NCBI GenBank assembly: GCA_964513145.1
Contig: CAZELK010000007.1
Span: 1 to 11,859 of the forward strand
Length of the DNA stretch: 11,859 bases
Source: Candidatus Woesearchaeota archaeon
GTDB taxonomy: Archaea; Nanobdellota; Nanobdellia; SCGC-AAA011-G17; JACPIM01
Direction of reading: 5' to 3'
The position numbers and the translations under genes are program-made. The notes under the pieces were generated by a model. The model did not search any database. It was not told the origin of the DNA and worked only from the letters and a program-made list of their open reading frames with translations. Positions 1 through 6,837 of this stretch are shown here, piece by piece; within the stretch, counting starts at the first letter, position 1; each line of letters begins with the position of its first letter.

Positions 1-2522
1 TCATAACTTATGCTCCAGTTTGTTCCATTGAATACGTATATATCCCCATCACCAGCAACAGACCTGCCTTGGCCAGCGTAGAGTTTTCCATCATAGACTG
101 CTAAAGAACCAAATCTTGCTTTGGCACCATCAAAGCTTATGCTCCAGGTTTTTGAATCATTAATTAATTCTACTTTTAATTTTCCGTCTGACTTATCCAA
201 AAACACTTTGTAATTTCCAGCATCAATAAAACCTTGTACATAATCTGAAGTAATATTGAAAGTTTTATTTGGATTAAACCAGAATGTTATTGTGAAATTA
301 TCTTTTAAATCAAATTTACTTGAACTTGTTACATTTATGTATTCATTTATACCATTGAAACTCATTGCATTTCCGTATTTTGAGTTTATTGTCCAATTAC
401 AGAATGAAACTGCTGTGCCCCTGTAACAAGAACCATTATTTGCATATTTACTTACATCAACTGCATAAGTTTCATTTTCTCCTATTGCAGAAACATTGTT
501 GAAACCCATCATTAATATTAAACTTAAATTATCATACATTGTGTAATTAGATCCATTCCAATTCCAAATTAATTCTGTTAAATCGTCTGCATTTAATATT
601 GAAACATTTATTTGAACAGATGTATTTGAAGTAAAGGTGTTATTTTCCGGAGTTGGGGCTGTGAAATTTATTGATGGGGGTGTAGCGTCATTGTAACCAT
701 ATTTTGTTATGTTTCCAAAAGTAAATTGAATAGTATGGACTCCAGTTGTTAAAACTTTAGATATCTCTGAAGAAGTATCATTACATTGATAGTTTGGAAT
801 GAATACTGAATCAGCAGACCATTGATAAATTTGTATAATATTTCCACATTTTAATTCCAAGAATGTTAAATCTATATTTGTTATATTTAAATCATTACTC
901 CATGTAGTGCCATTAAATGCAGTAATCGATAAATTTGCTGTTCCAGTTGTGTTAAATAAGACTGTCCAGTTTCCACCTACAACTGGATAACTTTGTATTG
1001 TTAAAATAGTTAAAGATATTTCTACTGAATAATTATCTTCACTTAAATGGGGGGTATTCCAGTAAATTCTATCTATTAAATTATTATTATTTAAATCTTC
1101 ATAAGTTACATTATAGATTAAATCATTAGTTATATCTGTAAGATAAGTTTCGTTTGTTAAATTATCAAAAGTATAATGTAATAATTTAACTTGTTCTTTT
1201 GCTATATCTGGTAGACTTGTATATGATAAAACATTTGAATAATGTAATTCTGAGTCTGATTTTATAGTAATATTTTTTGTCAAAATGTTATTGTCTGTAG
1301 TATTTTCCGCCAACGCTTTTGGTAAAAGGGTTGTTTCAATAGCATAAGGTGCTTTGGTGTAATAGGTTATTTCTAATTTAGTTTCATTTAACTCATCTAC
1401 TTCTAATTTCTTTTTATCTGCTGCTGTTGAAAAAGTATTTTTTAATCTGGCTTTTTCCTTAGTTCCTTCTGTTTCATTTACTATCTTTTCTACTGTTATG
1501 TTTGTAGATTCTATGGGCAATTCTATTGTCTTGTTTTTAGTGTTTAATTTCCATTCTACTGGCTTGTTTATTTCTGCTTTAACCTGTATTAGCTGTTCTG
1601 TGAAATTAGCCAGACTAAGCGTAATATTTGTTAAATTTGTAGAGTTTGTTTCTATAATTGATAGATTTTCTTTAATTATTGGTATAATAAATTTAGTCTC
1701 ATTAGTTAAATTATTTTCTTGGGAAGTCTCATTTGTTTCTGTTTGGTTTGTTTCCTGAGTTTCATTTGATATTTCAGTCAGTAATGTATAATTAAATCTA
1801 GTTATAGTCAGAGCAATATTTCCCTGGACTTCAGTTTTTATAATATTGCTTGAATTTAATTCATTGCATGTTTCTATACATATGTCATTAAAATTAATTC
1901 TTGTATCTATAACTGGCTGTGTTGAAAATGAGTTATTTGCTTCTGACTCGTTTATTTCTTTTAATGGGTTGTTCTGACTTGTTGTCTCATTATGACTTAT
2001 ACTTAATAATGAACTGTCTAAGACTAAATTGTTACCAAGATAGACTTTTATTGATCCATCGCCATCCAGATAACCACTTAGCCTTAAACTAGTTACATTT
2101 TTGTCTAAATCCATGGAGGTGGTTTGATTAAAGACAAGAGTTGAATCTAATATTGAAAGGCCTGTTATTGAAACATCTAAGTAAACATAGGTAAGAGAAA
2201 ACAGCATTAAAAATGAAATTAAGAACAATTCTTTTGATAAATATACCTTATCATAACCATTTATTTTGGCGTCTATTAAGTATAATTTATTTTGCAGTTT
2301 TTCAACTTGCTTAGAATTATAGCTTATAAAATAATTAAATGACTTATTTTTCAATAATTTAGTTAAGGAGTTTTCATAAACAACAGTTGAAATTTTGTTT
2401 TTACTTAAGGATTTGTTTAATTTCGTTAATTTACTTATTACAGAAGATTTTTCTTTATTTAATCTATTTATGCTTCTAATTAATTTTAACTTCTCATTCC
2501 TTAATTTTATGATATTATTCAT
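1..2522 (-). CDS. Large membrane-anchored surface glycoprotein with LamG-like jellyroll and start of a beta-propeller region; 3'-truncated by the window edge
   Basis: Hand translation gives 840 codons with no stop, from ATG 2522 to the window edge. N-terminal Lys/Leu-rich segment, one hydrophobic stretch (LFLISFLMLFSLTYVYL, ~2178-2229) followed by SITG, about 50 N-x-S/T sequons, LamG-type motifs (GNAMSFNGINEYINV...FTITFWFNP), then a 43-aa-period repeat (WSISFDG...SLAVYDGKLYAG...IYVFNGTNWSISY). The ATG overlaps the upstream TGA (ATGA). Confidence 0.9.
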   Translation of the reverse strand, partial: MNNIIKLRNEKLKLIRSINRLNKEKSSVISKLTKLNKSLSKNKISTVVYENSLTKLLKNKSFNYFISYNSKQVEKLQNKLYLIDAKINGYDKVYLSKELFLISFLMLFSLTYVYLDVSITGLSILDSTLVFNQTTSMDLDKNVTSLRLSGYLDGDGSIKVYLGNNLVLDSSLLSISHNETTSQNNPLKEINESEANNSFSTQPVIDTRINFNDICIETCNELNSSNIIKTEVQGNIALTITRFNYTLLTEISNETQETNQTETNETSQENNLTNETKFIIPIIKENLSIIETNSTNLTNITLSLANFTEQLIQVKAEINKPVEWKLNTKNKTIELPIESTNITVEKIVNETEGTKEKARLKNTFSTAADKKKLEVDELNETKLEITYYTKAPYAIETTLLPKALAENTTDNNILTKNITIKSDSELHYSNVLSYTSLPDIAKEQVKLLHYTFDNLTNETYLTDITNDLIYNVTYEDLNNNNLIDRIYWNTPHLSEDNYSVEISLTILTIQSYPVVGGNWTVLFNTTGTANLSITAFNGTTWSNDLNITNIDLTFLELKCGNIIQIYQWSADSVFIPNYQCNDTSSEISKVLTTGVHTIQFTFGNITKYGYNDATPPSINFTAPTPENNTFTSNTSVQINVSILNADDLTELIWNWNGSNYTMYDNLSLILMMGFNNVSAIGENETYAVDVSKYANNGSCYRGTAVSFCNWTINSKYGNAMSFNGINEYINVTSSSKFDLKDNFTITFWFNPNKTFNITSDYVQGFIDAGNYKVFLDKSDGKLKVELINDSKTWSISFDGAKARFGSLAVYDGKLYAGQGRSVAGDGDIYVFNGTNWSISY

Positions 2523-2947
2523 TTCTTTATTGCCCTGCTATATATTGTCCATATTGTCCTATCATCACGCTTCAACAGGACTGCAATATTATGATAAGTA
2601 AGACTGAGATTTTCTTTCATGTATTTTACAATAGATTCCAGAACTGAAAGTTTTAAGTTAGAAAAAATAGAAATTGGGACAAAGAAATCAGATTTTGTAT
2701 CTAATCTATCCTTAAATTTTTTTAAAGAATTTTTATAGGTGGCTATTATCGGGCTTTTAGTTCTGTATAATAGTTTAGAAATTTCTTCATAATTCAAATT
2801 TTTATCTTCTTTTAAATACTTTACAATAGATTCTAGAGGCCCAAGAACTTCATTAAATATAGAAACAGGTATTCTCAGCTCTTTTGATGCTGGTATTTTG
2901 CTTAATTCCTGGTCTTTTAGATTATATTTTTGTTTTATAAATGACAA
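2519..2947 (-). CDS. Tandem-repeat helix-turn-helix DNA-binding protein; true start possibly upstream at 3019
   Basis: Two internal repeats: IPVSIF..LGPLESIVKYLKEDKNLNYEEISKLLYR and VPISIF..LSVLESIVKYMKENLSLTYHNIAVLLKRDDRTIWTIY, each HTH-like. The track start is a TTG; the frame stays open to 3043. Confidence 0.75.
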   Translation of the reverse strand: MSFIKQKYNLKDQELSKIPASKELRIPVSIFNEVLGPLESIVKYLKEDKNLNYEEISKLLYRTKSPIIATYKNSLKKFKDRLDTKSDFFVPISIFSNLKLSVLESIVKYMKENLSLTYHNIAVLLKRDDRTIWTIYSRAIKK

Positions 2948-3026
2948 GAATTCATTGAATAATTCTTCGGTGTTTATACTACTAATATTAATCTCTTTAT
3001 CTTTACTATCTTTAGTAATACAAAGC

Positions 3027-3127
3027 CACCTCTTTTGTAAGTATTATAGAAAATATGTAAGTATTTCTGTATATAAAGTTTTACATTTGTAAGTAAAATT
3101 GAATATATGTAAGTAAATAAGTAAGTA
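3027..3127 (-). promoter_or_regulatory. Archaeal promoter (TTTATATA 3070-3077), SD-like GAGGTG (3027-3032) and five GTAAGTA direct repeats
   Basis: GTAAGTA on + at 3037, 3057, 3089, 3109 and 3121; two 20-bp-spaced pairs flank the TATA box. Confidence 0.6.
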
Positions 3128-3147
3128 AATATATAAGAACTAACTAG

Positions 3148-3184
3148 AAACTTATTAAGACACTAAGTCAGACTAATAACTTAA
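3148..3184. repeat. Boundary repeat copy 1 (AAACTTATTAAGACACTAAGTCAGACT + AATAACTTAA)
   Basis: The 27-bp core recurs at 5454 and 6747 in direct orientation; the match to copy 3 extends to 37 bp. Confidence 0.85.
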
Positions 3185-3368
3185 TAGCCACTTTCAGGCA
3201 GGTATAAGTTTTACAGTACCTTCTTCAAGTTTTATTTGGCTTTCTTGATTTTTTGTTATCAAAAATGATTCTTTTTTATTAAATTTTTTCATAAATTTCT
3301 TTAATGGTTTAATATCTTTATCTTTTATTTTTTCCTGGTATTTTACTTCTATTGATATATTATAAATT
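3173..3368 (-). pseudogene. 3' remnant of a COG1373 AAA+ ATPase, near-identical to the end of 10547..11803
   Basis: 3186-3353 matches 10563-10730 with 7 mismatches in 168 bp. It carries a TGG>TGA nonsense change (3194-3196) and is cut at 3368 by an IS-like end. Confidence 0.92.
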
Positions 3369-3590
3369 CCTAAATTCCCAGTCTATTATTGACTATGATT
3401 AAGTTTCTCTGCTAAATTCTTCTGTTGTCTTGCTAGTTCCCCAATTATAATCTTATTTTCATAAACCTTGCATTTTAGATTTCTCATTGTTAATAATAAT
3501 TCTTCAACAGTATAATGTTTTCCTAATCTGTTTTTCAGATTAATAAATGCAATTAAAGATTATAAATTGCATAAATAAAAATCCTTGAGT
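3369..3590 (-). mobile_element. Remnant of an IS1634-like (IS4 superfamily) transposase C-terminus and candidate right end
   Basis: Removing one base at ~3560 gives TQGFLFMQFISLIAFINLKNRLGKHYTVEELLLTMRNLKCKVYENKIIIGELARQQKNLAEKLNHSQ* (stop 3386-3388), which resembles IS1634-type transposase C-termini from memory. GC-richer CCTAAATTCCCAG at 3369 lies exactly where ATPase homology stops. Confidence 0.55.
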
Positions 3591-3624
3591 GCATTAAAAA
3601 AAGTGTATCTTAATTTTATAATAA

Positions 3625-4293
3625 TTATTGTTTTAAGTTACTTATTCTTTTAACTTGTTCAAAATCTATATCAAATTTTTTTTCAATAAAAACGCCTTTA
3701 AATGAATCGATAAAATTTTTGTTGTTCACTATATTATTTAAATTAATTAAATTTTCATTTATTTTTTCAATATTTCCTATAAAAATAAATTTCTTTATTA
3801 AGTTTAAATCTGTTCCTTTAGCTAATGCAGCTATATCTCTAAAATCAGTTAATCTTCCTGAATGTAATTTTGAAACTATTAAAATTTCTTTATTAGCTAC
3901 CCTTGCTATTATTTCTTTTTCAATCCCAATTATCTTTCTTTTCTCCGAATTCTCAAATAATAAGTTAAAGCTAAAAGAAGCATTTGTTGTCCTTGAAGCT
4001 AAAGCATTTATTAATAAATCCATACTTATTTTATCTTTTTCATATCTCATAAATTTTGAATAATCTAGATTTGCTAAATCCTTGAAACTTGTTTTTTTAA
4101 AGTGATTTTTAATTAAGATAGCTTCAAATTTTGTTAAATCAATCTCTTTTATAACTATATCCGCATCAATAGAAAATCTATGTTTAAATGAAGAAACAGC
4201 ATATCCTCCAACTAGAATGAAATCCAGATTAAAATCTATAAACTTATTTAAAATCTCTAAAATTTCATTTTCTTTTTTTATTAAATCTTCCAT
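3625..4293 (-). CDS. AbiEii/MenT-like nucleotidyltransferase, putative type IV TA toxin
   Basis: ILVGGYAV-x-RFSIDADIV fits hG[GS]x9-13Dh[DE]h; the C-terminal SKLHSGRLTDFRDI fits the K..R..D..D motif of this superfamily. It starts 1 nt after the upstream stop. Confidence 0.8.
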   Translation of the reverse strand: MEDLIKKENEILEILNKFIDFNLDFILVGGYAVSSFKHRFSIDADIVIKEIDLTKFEAILIKNHFKKTSFKDLANLDYSKFMRYEKDKISMDLLINALASRTTNASFSFNLLFENSEKRKIIGIEKEIIARVANKEILIVSKLHSGRLTDFRDIAALAKGTDLNLIKKFIFIGNIEKINENLINLNNIVNNKNFIDSFKGVFIEKKFDIDFEQVKRISNLKQ

Positions 4294-4294
4294 T

Positions 4295-4933
4295 TTATAA
4301 ATAATTAATTTCCTTATATTTAATATTTAATTTTTTATTATAAATTTCTTGAATAATTTCCAAGGCTGGCTGAAAATTATAAATATATTTTTTCATAAAC
4401 TCTATTGTCATATCTAATGGATCAACTGGAGTTTTATTTGTTTCTGCTGCTTTAAAATTGTCTAAAACTTCCGGCATATAAAAAACATTTCTTTTTGAAT
4501 TTATCTTTAAATTTAATTTATTGCAATAATATAAGAATCTTTCATAGTCTAATTTCTTTATTTTAATAAAAATAGGGTAATATTCTTTATATCTTGCTAT
4601 GTTGTATCTACCTTCTGTATAAATATAAACAGCATCTGTTTTTGTGAAACAATATTTTATCCCAAATAAGTCTAAAAATGAGTAATATGATCTAACATCA
4701 TTAAAATTATTTCTAATGAACTTAATAATGGCTTTATAAGTTTTATTATCTTTTTGTAATATAATTCCCTTCCACTTTTCTTTAAATATTCCCTCTTTTA
4801 TTAATTCCTTAATCCATTTGTGAGTCCATCCATATGATAATTTTATTCTTTTAGCAATAGAGTTAATACTATCTTCTTCTCTTGCGCTTATTATAATTTT
4901 TATTACATATGGATTTATTAAATCAATTTTCAT
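4295..4933 (-). CDS. N-terminal winged-HTH protein, putative cognate antitoxin/regulator
   Basis: SINSIAKRIKLSYGWTHKWIKELIKEGIF is a wHTH signature. The C-terminal domain is unassigned. First gene of a two-gene operon with the nucleotidyltransferase. Confidence 0.7.
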   Translation of the reverse strand: MKIDLINPYVIKIIISAREEDSINSIAKRIKLSYGWTHKWIKELIKEGIFKEKWKGIILQKDNKTYKAIIKFIRNNFNDVRSYYSFLDLFGIKYCFTKTDAVYIYTEGRYNIARYKEYYPIFIKIKKLDYERFLYYCNKLNLKINSKRNVFYMPEVLDNFKAAETNKTPVDPLDMTIEFMKKYIYNFQPALEIIQEIYNKKLNIKYKEINYL

Positions 4934-4942
4934 ATTATCATT

Positions 4943-4964
4943 ATAGTGATACTATCTATTTAAA
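4943..4964 (-). promoter_or_regulatory. TATA box TTTAAATA (4957-4964) and inverted repeat ATAGT-gat-ACTAT (4943-4955)
   Basis: The box ends 24 nt before ATG 4933 (leaderless geometry); the inverted repeat lies between the box and the start. Confidence 0.55.
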
Positions 4965-5029
4965 TCTTTTGATAAAATTTTGTTTAGGTAGTATCTGGTT
5001 TTTGCATACTCACTTTATTTAGGTACCTC

Positions 5030-5077
5030 ATAATTTACTTATTTACGAAATATTGTGGTCATTATAATGTACTTATT
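5030..5077 (-). repeat. Orphan, degenerate copy of the promoter region of ATPase 10547..11803
   Basis: ATAATTTACTTATTTACGAAATATTGTGGTCATTATAATGTACTTATT matches 11813-11859 (ATAATGTACTTATTTATAAATATTATGGTCATTATAATGTACTTATT); the TATA element TTTATAAA has become TTTACGAAA. Confidence 0.85.
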
Positions 5078-5453
5078 ATTTAATCTAATTTAAGGATAGT
5101 TATCAATAATTTTAGAAGCAAACTATATTTTGGGAGAACGATTTATTTTACTTAATTGAGTTTTTTTATAACTGATAGCCTAACCAAGCTGCTTTTGATT
5201 TTTTAGACTTCCATAGTTGCGTGCAGAGTCCAGAATATCTCCCCCAATTATTTTTTATTATGAAACCTCTTTATAGGCAATCTGCATAGAGACTTTGAAT
5301 AACTAACTTTTTTTAAATCTTCAATGCTCAAAAATTTAATTCTTGAAAAGATATCTGGGTTTAGTGTATGGAGTTAATGAAATTAATTGAACATAGCTGA
5401 AGAAAAAATCTGGGTGTGATGCAACTGAACGAAACTCTTTTATGTAATGTCTG

Positions 5454-5483
5454 AAACTAATTAAGACATTAAGTCAGACTTAG
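5454..5483. repeat. Boundary repeat copy 2 (AAACTAATTAAGACATTAAGTCAGACTTAG)
   Basis: 25/27 identical to the copy 1 core; contains TAAGTC-A-GACTTA dyad. Confidence 0.85.
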
Positions 5484-5543
5484 TTATATCTTTAATTTGA
5501 ATCTATTATTTCTTTTTTATACAATTTTTCTATATTTTTTTAT

Positions 5544-6383
5544 CTATTTAATCTCTTTAGGTTTTTTCTGCTGAGTTAACCCCAAGAAATTGTTTTTTGA
5601 AATTACCGGCTTTTTTGTTTCTTGTTCCAATTCTTTTCTTGCATTACTAGCTATTTGCCCACCTCTTTGTGCTGCTTCTTTATTTTCTTCAAAGCCGTGA
5701 GCGTCTCTTGTTCTAGCTATATCTGTTGTTGCTTTTTCTCCAAGCATAGTAAATATTAATTCCCAATCATTCATATGATCCCTAAGATTTTGGTTCTTTT
5801 TTTCCAGTCCCTTAAATTTTTTATATTCCTGTACTGTCTTTCCAAATGTAGCTTTGGTAATTTCATTAGTAAGAATAGCAAAATTTATCTCTTCAATAAC
5901 TCCACCTTTCCATTCGTCAGTGAGTTCTTGTCTTATTGCTATTCCTCTGAGTCTTTTTTCTATCCAATCTTTTGAATATCCCTTAAGTTCATAATATTCT
6001 TTAACTCGATTTTGTGCAATTTCCGGGTTTTCTATTTCTTCAACACGTTCATAACCTACTTGTGCAAGCCATAATTTAAAAGGTTCAGCTTTTCTAGATG
6101 GTATGGACTGAATTATTCTAAAAAGAGTTTGTGTATTTGCACAATCTGTTTCATAATATTTTCCATCAGTTGATTGAAGTTTCAGTTGTCGACAAAATGT
6201 CGATAACTCAATACTACTCGACTCCAATTCTCTTTTCTTTAGTCTATACCAGTAATCTTTAGCATCTTCGCTGTCTGTTAAAGCTTTTATAACATCAACT
6301 ACTGAATAAAACCATTCTTCATTATGCCAGATTCTTCTTATTTTTTTATCCTGAAATACCACGAGGGCTTTATCTTTATCCAT
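5544..6383 (-). CDS. Bro-N domain protein (phage antirepressor-like)
   Basis: IRRIWHNEEWFYSVVDVIKAL...YWYRLKKR...CRQLKLQSTDGKYYETD...RIIQSIPSRKAEPFKLWLA is the characteristic pattern of this widespread family. GGGAG lies 14 nt upstream of the ATG. Confidence 0.9.
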   Translation of the reverse strand: MDKDKALVVFQDKKIRRIWHNEEWFYSVVDVIKALTDSEDAKDYWYRLKKRELESSSIELSTFCRQLKLQSTDGKYYETDCANTQTLFRIIQSIPSRKAEPFKLWLAQVGYERVEEIENPEIAQNRVKEYYELKGYSKDWIEKRLRGIAIRQELTDEWKGGVIEEINFAILTNEITKATFGKTVQEYKKFKGLEKKNQNLRDHMNDWELIFTMLGEKATTDIARTRDAHGFEENKEAAQRGGQIASNARKELEQETKKPVISKNNFLGLTQQKKPKEIK

Positions 6384-6406
6384 TTTTATTTAATTTTCTC
6401 CCTTAG

Positions 6407-6562
6407 CTATTCCCATATTCCTCTGCTTTGTAAAAAAACTGCCTTATCAAAATCAATGATCATCAAATTTTTAAGTCCATTATATTTATGATCTAAATAT
6501 TCTTTTTTATAATTAGTTAATTTAATTACACCAGCTTTTATTACTTTAATAACTAACCTAAT
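6407..6562 (-). pseudogene. Short unassigned open frame or gene remnant ((I/M)RLVIKVIKAGVIKLTNYKKEYLDHKYNGLKNLMIIDFDKAVFLQSRGIWE*)
   Basis: 51 open codons starting with ATT 23 nt after a TTTAAATA box (6585-6592); no ATG at that position and no family recognised. Confidence 0.3.
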
Positions 6563-6627
6563 TTTTAGTTATAATCTTTTGAGATATTTAAAATTTTATT
6601 TTAACTATTAAGTAGATCGAGTGTATT

Positions 6628-6687
6628 TTTGAAAGGTTTCCGGTTTATTTGAAAAGTTTTCGGGATTTTTGGAAATTCTTCGGAACT
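6628..6687. repeat. Three imperfect 20-bp tandem units TTTGRAARKTYTYCGG
   Basis: TTTGAAAGGTTTCCGGTTTA / TTTGAAAAGTTTTCGGGATT / TTTGGAAATTCTTCGGAACT at 6628, 6648 and 6668. Confidence 0.7.
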
Positions 6688-6746
6688 CTATTTCTTAAAG
6701 AAATTTAATACCCCATAGTACAAAATTGTTTTATTATTTATTTTAA

Positions 6747-6783
6747 AAACTTATTAAGATATCAAGTCAGACTTAGAACTTAA
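6747..6783. repeat. Boundary repeat copy 3 (AAACTTATTAAGATATCAAGTCAGACT + TAGAACTTAA)
   Basis: Flanks identical to copy 1; the three core differences all fall in the central 6 bp. Confidence 0.85.
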
Positions 6784-6837
6784 CAAATCTGTTATTTCCT
6801 TTAATTTGTTTACAAAGTCTTTTGCTTTTAAAGGAAT
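6754..6837 (-). pseudogene. Stranded C-terminal tail of a second HEPN-like gene, in frame behind the stop of 6838..7380
   Basis: Reads IPLKAKDFVNKLKEITDLLSSKSDLIS*, which parallels the last helix of the intact HEPN (DAEEFITKIEEIL). Confidence 0.5.

Noticed and set aside
2049-2081. LSGYLDGDGSI resembles a LAGLIDADG homing-endonuclease motif
   Set aside because: Single motif in the extracellular, sequon-rich part of the surface protein; no intein splice-junction motifs or basic endonuclease body around it.
3194-3196. TGA aligned with TGG (Trp), suggesting TGA recoding
   Set aside because: TGA ends intact genes at 2519, 7359 and 9689, intact ORFs need no read-through, and this TGA is in a truncated fragment; it is a nonsense mutation.
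4984-5031. 15-codon ORF MRYLNKVSMQKPDTT* after the duplicated promoter
   Set aside because: The upstream TATA box is mutated and the peptide does not match the ATPase N-terminus.
5166-5255. WGRYSGLCTQLW recalls the C-terminal motif of HhH-GPD DNA glycosylases
   Set aside because: Too short; no HhH or GPD motif can be reconstructed upstream.
6628-6687. 20-bp tandem units as a mini-CRISPR
   Set aside because: Units are contiguous, degenerate and have no spacers.
3148-6783. Repeats as a CRISPR array or canonical attC sites
   Set aside because: Copies are 1.3-2.3 kb apart with genes between them, there are no cas genes, and attC core boxes and the long hairpin are absent.
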